A stretch of DNA of 63,973 nucleotides, the filler included, from Acetivibrio sp. (GTDB taxonomy: Bacteria > Bacillota > Clostridia > Acetivibrionales > Acetivibrionaceae), in assembly GCF_035371925.1 (NCBI RefSeq). It is 7 parts of 7 records of this genome, joined end to end, with 100 filler letters (N's around TTAATTAATTAA, not from the genome) between each part and the next. Parts side by side here need not be neighbours in the genome. Positions count along the whole stretch, not along the records: positions 61,406 to 63,973 come from NZ_DAORXT010000168.1; 6 more parts are not named here. One strand, 5' to 3'. This document shows, one piece after another, positions 61,406 through 63,973 of the stretch. How positions within the stretch are numbered: the stretch's first letter is position 1; every line of letters begins with the position of its first letter. The position numbers and the translations under genes were made by a program. The notes under the pieces were generated by a model. That model was given only the letters and a program-made list of their open reading frames with translations. It was not told where the DNA came from and ran no database searches.

Positions 61406-63528
61406 TGATTGCCCCAATCCAGATAAAAAATGCAGACGGTCATTTAGTGGACGGATTTACGTTTAAAACCGGCAATATAACCCGGTATTCCAATGAAGCC
61501 TCTGTGGGTTTCGGTACCTTCAGAAACGGCGGAGCAGTGGGAATCCATTTTAAATATCCTTTAAAATTCACATTTTATGCAGGCATGGATCCCAATGACC
61601 TGATGGCAAGATTTGAGAGTCTTCCTTGCAGTGCAGCAGAAGGAGATGACGTTTTAGTATGCGTAACCGTTAACTCAACTTTTGAGACAGACTTGGCCAA
61701 TGTTCCGTACAAATGGGAAATTACAGATAAAAACGGAAATCCCGTACCGGCTACTTTTTCCGGAAGTGCAAATGCAGCAGAATGAAAAATTGAAAAAATA
61801 GAGGCAATAAAAGGAGAAAGTGTTCTCTATGCTGTCTTTAAAATGCCTGACAGCGATGTCAATATAAAGTTTGAGGTAAACAAAGACGGACAAAATCCAC
61901 AAGAAAAGTATCTGGATAATAACGTTATCGATTCCGGAGAATTAATAAAGGTTGCAAAAAGGATTGAAACTTCAGTGGAGCAATTTGATTTGGATTACAA
62001 TGTTCTATCGAGAAAGGTGGCATTCCCCCTTGCCGATAATAATGACATTGTAGCGGAATTGATATTGCCGAGATCTGATGCTTCATGGAATGGTAGTAAT
62101 GCAACCGGAGCACTGAATGTAACAAATGAAGCAGAAAAATTATTCAATAACTTTAATGTAAAAAACAATCCTCCTGTAAATGAGCCGGAGGAGATAATTG
62201 TACGAAGACCGGTAATAAATATGACACTTAACAGAAGCTCTTTTGGAGATAATCCGGAAGGTAAGAAATGTTTGAATTGGCCGACTCCATGGGAGCCCTT
62301 ATCCTTAAATGGAAATATTACTTTTGAGGGTAATGTTGTAAGAAAGTATACATATAAAATAAACAATAGAAATAATCTTCCCGTGGATACTGGTTCAGGT
62401 GAAGCTAAAGCATCTTTCAACAGCGGAGTAAAAACAGTAAATGTAAGGGCATTTATATACAACGGCAGTCCCAGCATTGCACCAAAGACCTTCCAAAATA
62501 CAATTGAAAATAACAATGCCAATTCTTTGGAAAAGAAGCTTCTTTGGGCAAGCGAACCCTATAAATTTGATGTAATTCGCAAAATGTGTCATCTGAATGA
62601 AAACGGTTCAGTAGAAAGATGGGTGGATGTACCGGGACAATACCAAAGAATCTTTACACAGCAGAATTCGGCAAAAATCAACTGGTCGATACCGGCAAGC
62701 ATGGCAGCCAATTATAAGCGAAGCAGGGATGCTGCAAGAAAAATGGATACAAGAAATTCAGAACTCGATAGAGCTGTTTTTGCGTCGGATAAGGCGTTTC
62801 AAGACTTGGCTTATCCCATTAAGTCGGGTTACTATTTTAATCCAACGGGCACTTATCAATTTACGGTAGAAACGGTAACTTATAAACCAACCACTGCTGA
62901 CACAGAAGAGCACAAGAACCTCGTACAGGCGCTTATTAACTCCTTTAGATATGAGTCGAATCTTGTGTACGTAAACAATAAAAATCAGGCAGTGGATATA
63001 CAAAACCAGTCCGCAACTAAAAAGGGTACTGTTTATACCGCAAGAGCAGCAGCTATCACCGCAGCCGATCCGGTTGGTTTGAATGGTGTAAATTGGCTTC
63101 AAATAATAGACAGGAAAGCAGATCCTTCCCGTTACACAAAAACGGTTGAGGAAATCAGACACTCAACCGATGAAGACATTTCGAAAACCCATGAGTTTTG
63201 GAGGAATATTTTGGAGGGTTATGAAGAATCGGGAACGCTTTCAAGCTATAATAACTATAAATACCGGGAATACGTTAAACCCGGTCAGACCATGTATAGA
63301 ATAACAGAAAAGACAACGGTGACAATTATAGTCAATCCGCAAAACATAAAGGCGTACACTCATATTCAGATGGCAGACGGCAAATATTATGTCCGGGCTT
63401 ATTTTGCCGATTCCGCACTTGCTAATATCAGCAGTGCACTTCCGACATTAAAGAGTGTTCAAATTGATAATATAGAAATATCAGTTGTTGGTTCCAGATA
63501 TAGTGATATGAATTTTGATGAACGGTAA
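61406..63528 (+). pseudogene. Large, probably extracellular hypothetical protein; 5' partial, with an in-frame TGA at 61783
   Basis: ORFs 61447-61785 and 61843-63528 share one frame, separated only by the TGA and 19 sense codons. Asn/Thr-rich, beta-strand-like composition. Confidence 0.7.
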
Positions 63529-63540
63529 CCATCTGCGATT

Positions 63541-63587
63541 ATAAATGAAGTTCCCCTATATATTGTATCTAGGGGAACTTTATTTAT
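63541..63587 (+). terminator. Long stem-loop (terminator or processing signal)
   Basis: ATAAATGAAGTTCCCCT-13 nt-AGGGGAACTTTATTTAT. Confidence 0.7.
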
Positions 63588-63612
63588 AAATCAATCTGAG
63601 GAGGATTTTGAG

Positions 63613-63973
63613 ATGAAAAAGCTTGCTTTGATACTAGTACTGGTTTGTACTTTTGTCACTTTATTTTCTATAGCACCTTCTGCCTTGGAGTTACCTCTTC
63701 GTGTAGTGATAAACGGCACAAAATTGGAATTCCCTGATGCCCAGCCTTTTATAGATGCTAATGGTAGAACTCAAACACCTGCAAGATTTATTGGTGAAGC
63801 ATTGGGTGCAAACGTTACATGGGATGGAGTACAGAAAAAAGCTGTATTTGAATCAGACGGAAATACATTGGTTTTGTACATCGGAAAGAGAGAATATGAT
63901 GTTAACGACACGAAGAAACAGATGGATACTGAAGCTTTGCTAATTGACGGCAGGACTTTTGTTCCGGCTAGAT
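63613..63973 (+). CDS. Secreted copper-amine-oxidase-N (stalk) domain protein, 3' partial
   Basis: GAGGAGG RBS. MKKLALILVLVCTFVTLFS...'DAQPFIDANGRTQTPARFIGEALGA'...'LIDGRTFVPAR'. Runs off the window. Confidence 0.88.
   Translation, partial: MKKLALILVLVCTFVTLFSIAPSALELPLRVVINGTKLEFPDAQPFIDANGRTQTPARFIGEALGANVTWDGVQKKAVFESDGNTLVLYIGKREYDVNDTKKQMDTEALLIDGRTFVPAR

Noticed and set aside
61783..61785. Selenocysteine or programmed readthrough at the in-frame TGA
   Set aside because: No redox-motif context and no evident SECIS hairpin. A Gly-to-stop mutation or sequencing error is simpler.

Overview
Low-GC Firmicute DNA from a cellulosome-producing clostridium of the Acetivibrio/Hungateiclostridium thermocellum group (inferred from dockerin-bearing CAZymes, a sigma-I-type promoter and gene content). 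The window is not one locus. It is seven unrelated contigs joined by 100-nt N linkers carrying TTAATTAATTAA, ordered by decreasing size, so adjacency across linkers means nothing. Contig 1 (1-10525): a methyltransferase-less BREX-like defence operon (DUF4007 C-terminus, small BrxF-like P-loop protein, 1378-aa BrxC/SspC-like ATPase, PglZ, short BrxL), then an orphan gene, a nuclease-like remnant, a WYL regulator and an IS21-type end. Contig 2 (10626-20968): a Cys-rich-peptide radical-SAM RiPP cluster and a cellulosomal CBM-GH10-dockerin xylanase. Contig 3 (21069-31343): CIRCE-groESL, a PilZ-receiver protein, GH18, greA and rsbV-rsbW-sigB with sigB truncated. Contig 4 (31444-41522): a decayed metalloprotease module, cyclase, UvrD, an unannotated 38-aa membrane peptide, tRNA-Leu(GAG), cobO and the lysine-riboswitch asd-dapA-dapB-ACT operon. 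Contig 5 (41623-51648): an island at the rlmD 3' end with an HTH gene, type I R-M, an M48-type protein and an ImmA/IrrE-like fusion. Contig 6 (51749-61305): cellulosomal CE8 and PL10 sharing a 674-bp duplicated module, SH3-CAP protein, T-box-proS, ispF and a sensor kinase lacking its phospho-His. Contig 7 (61406-end): a large gene with an in-frame stop and a copper-amine-oxidase-N-domain gene. The best candidate for a new system is the BREX type-4-like operon carrying a type-3-like BrxF component. The RiPP cluster is second. All family assignments come from motif recognition by eye, not database searches.
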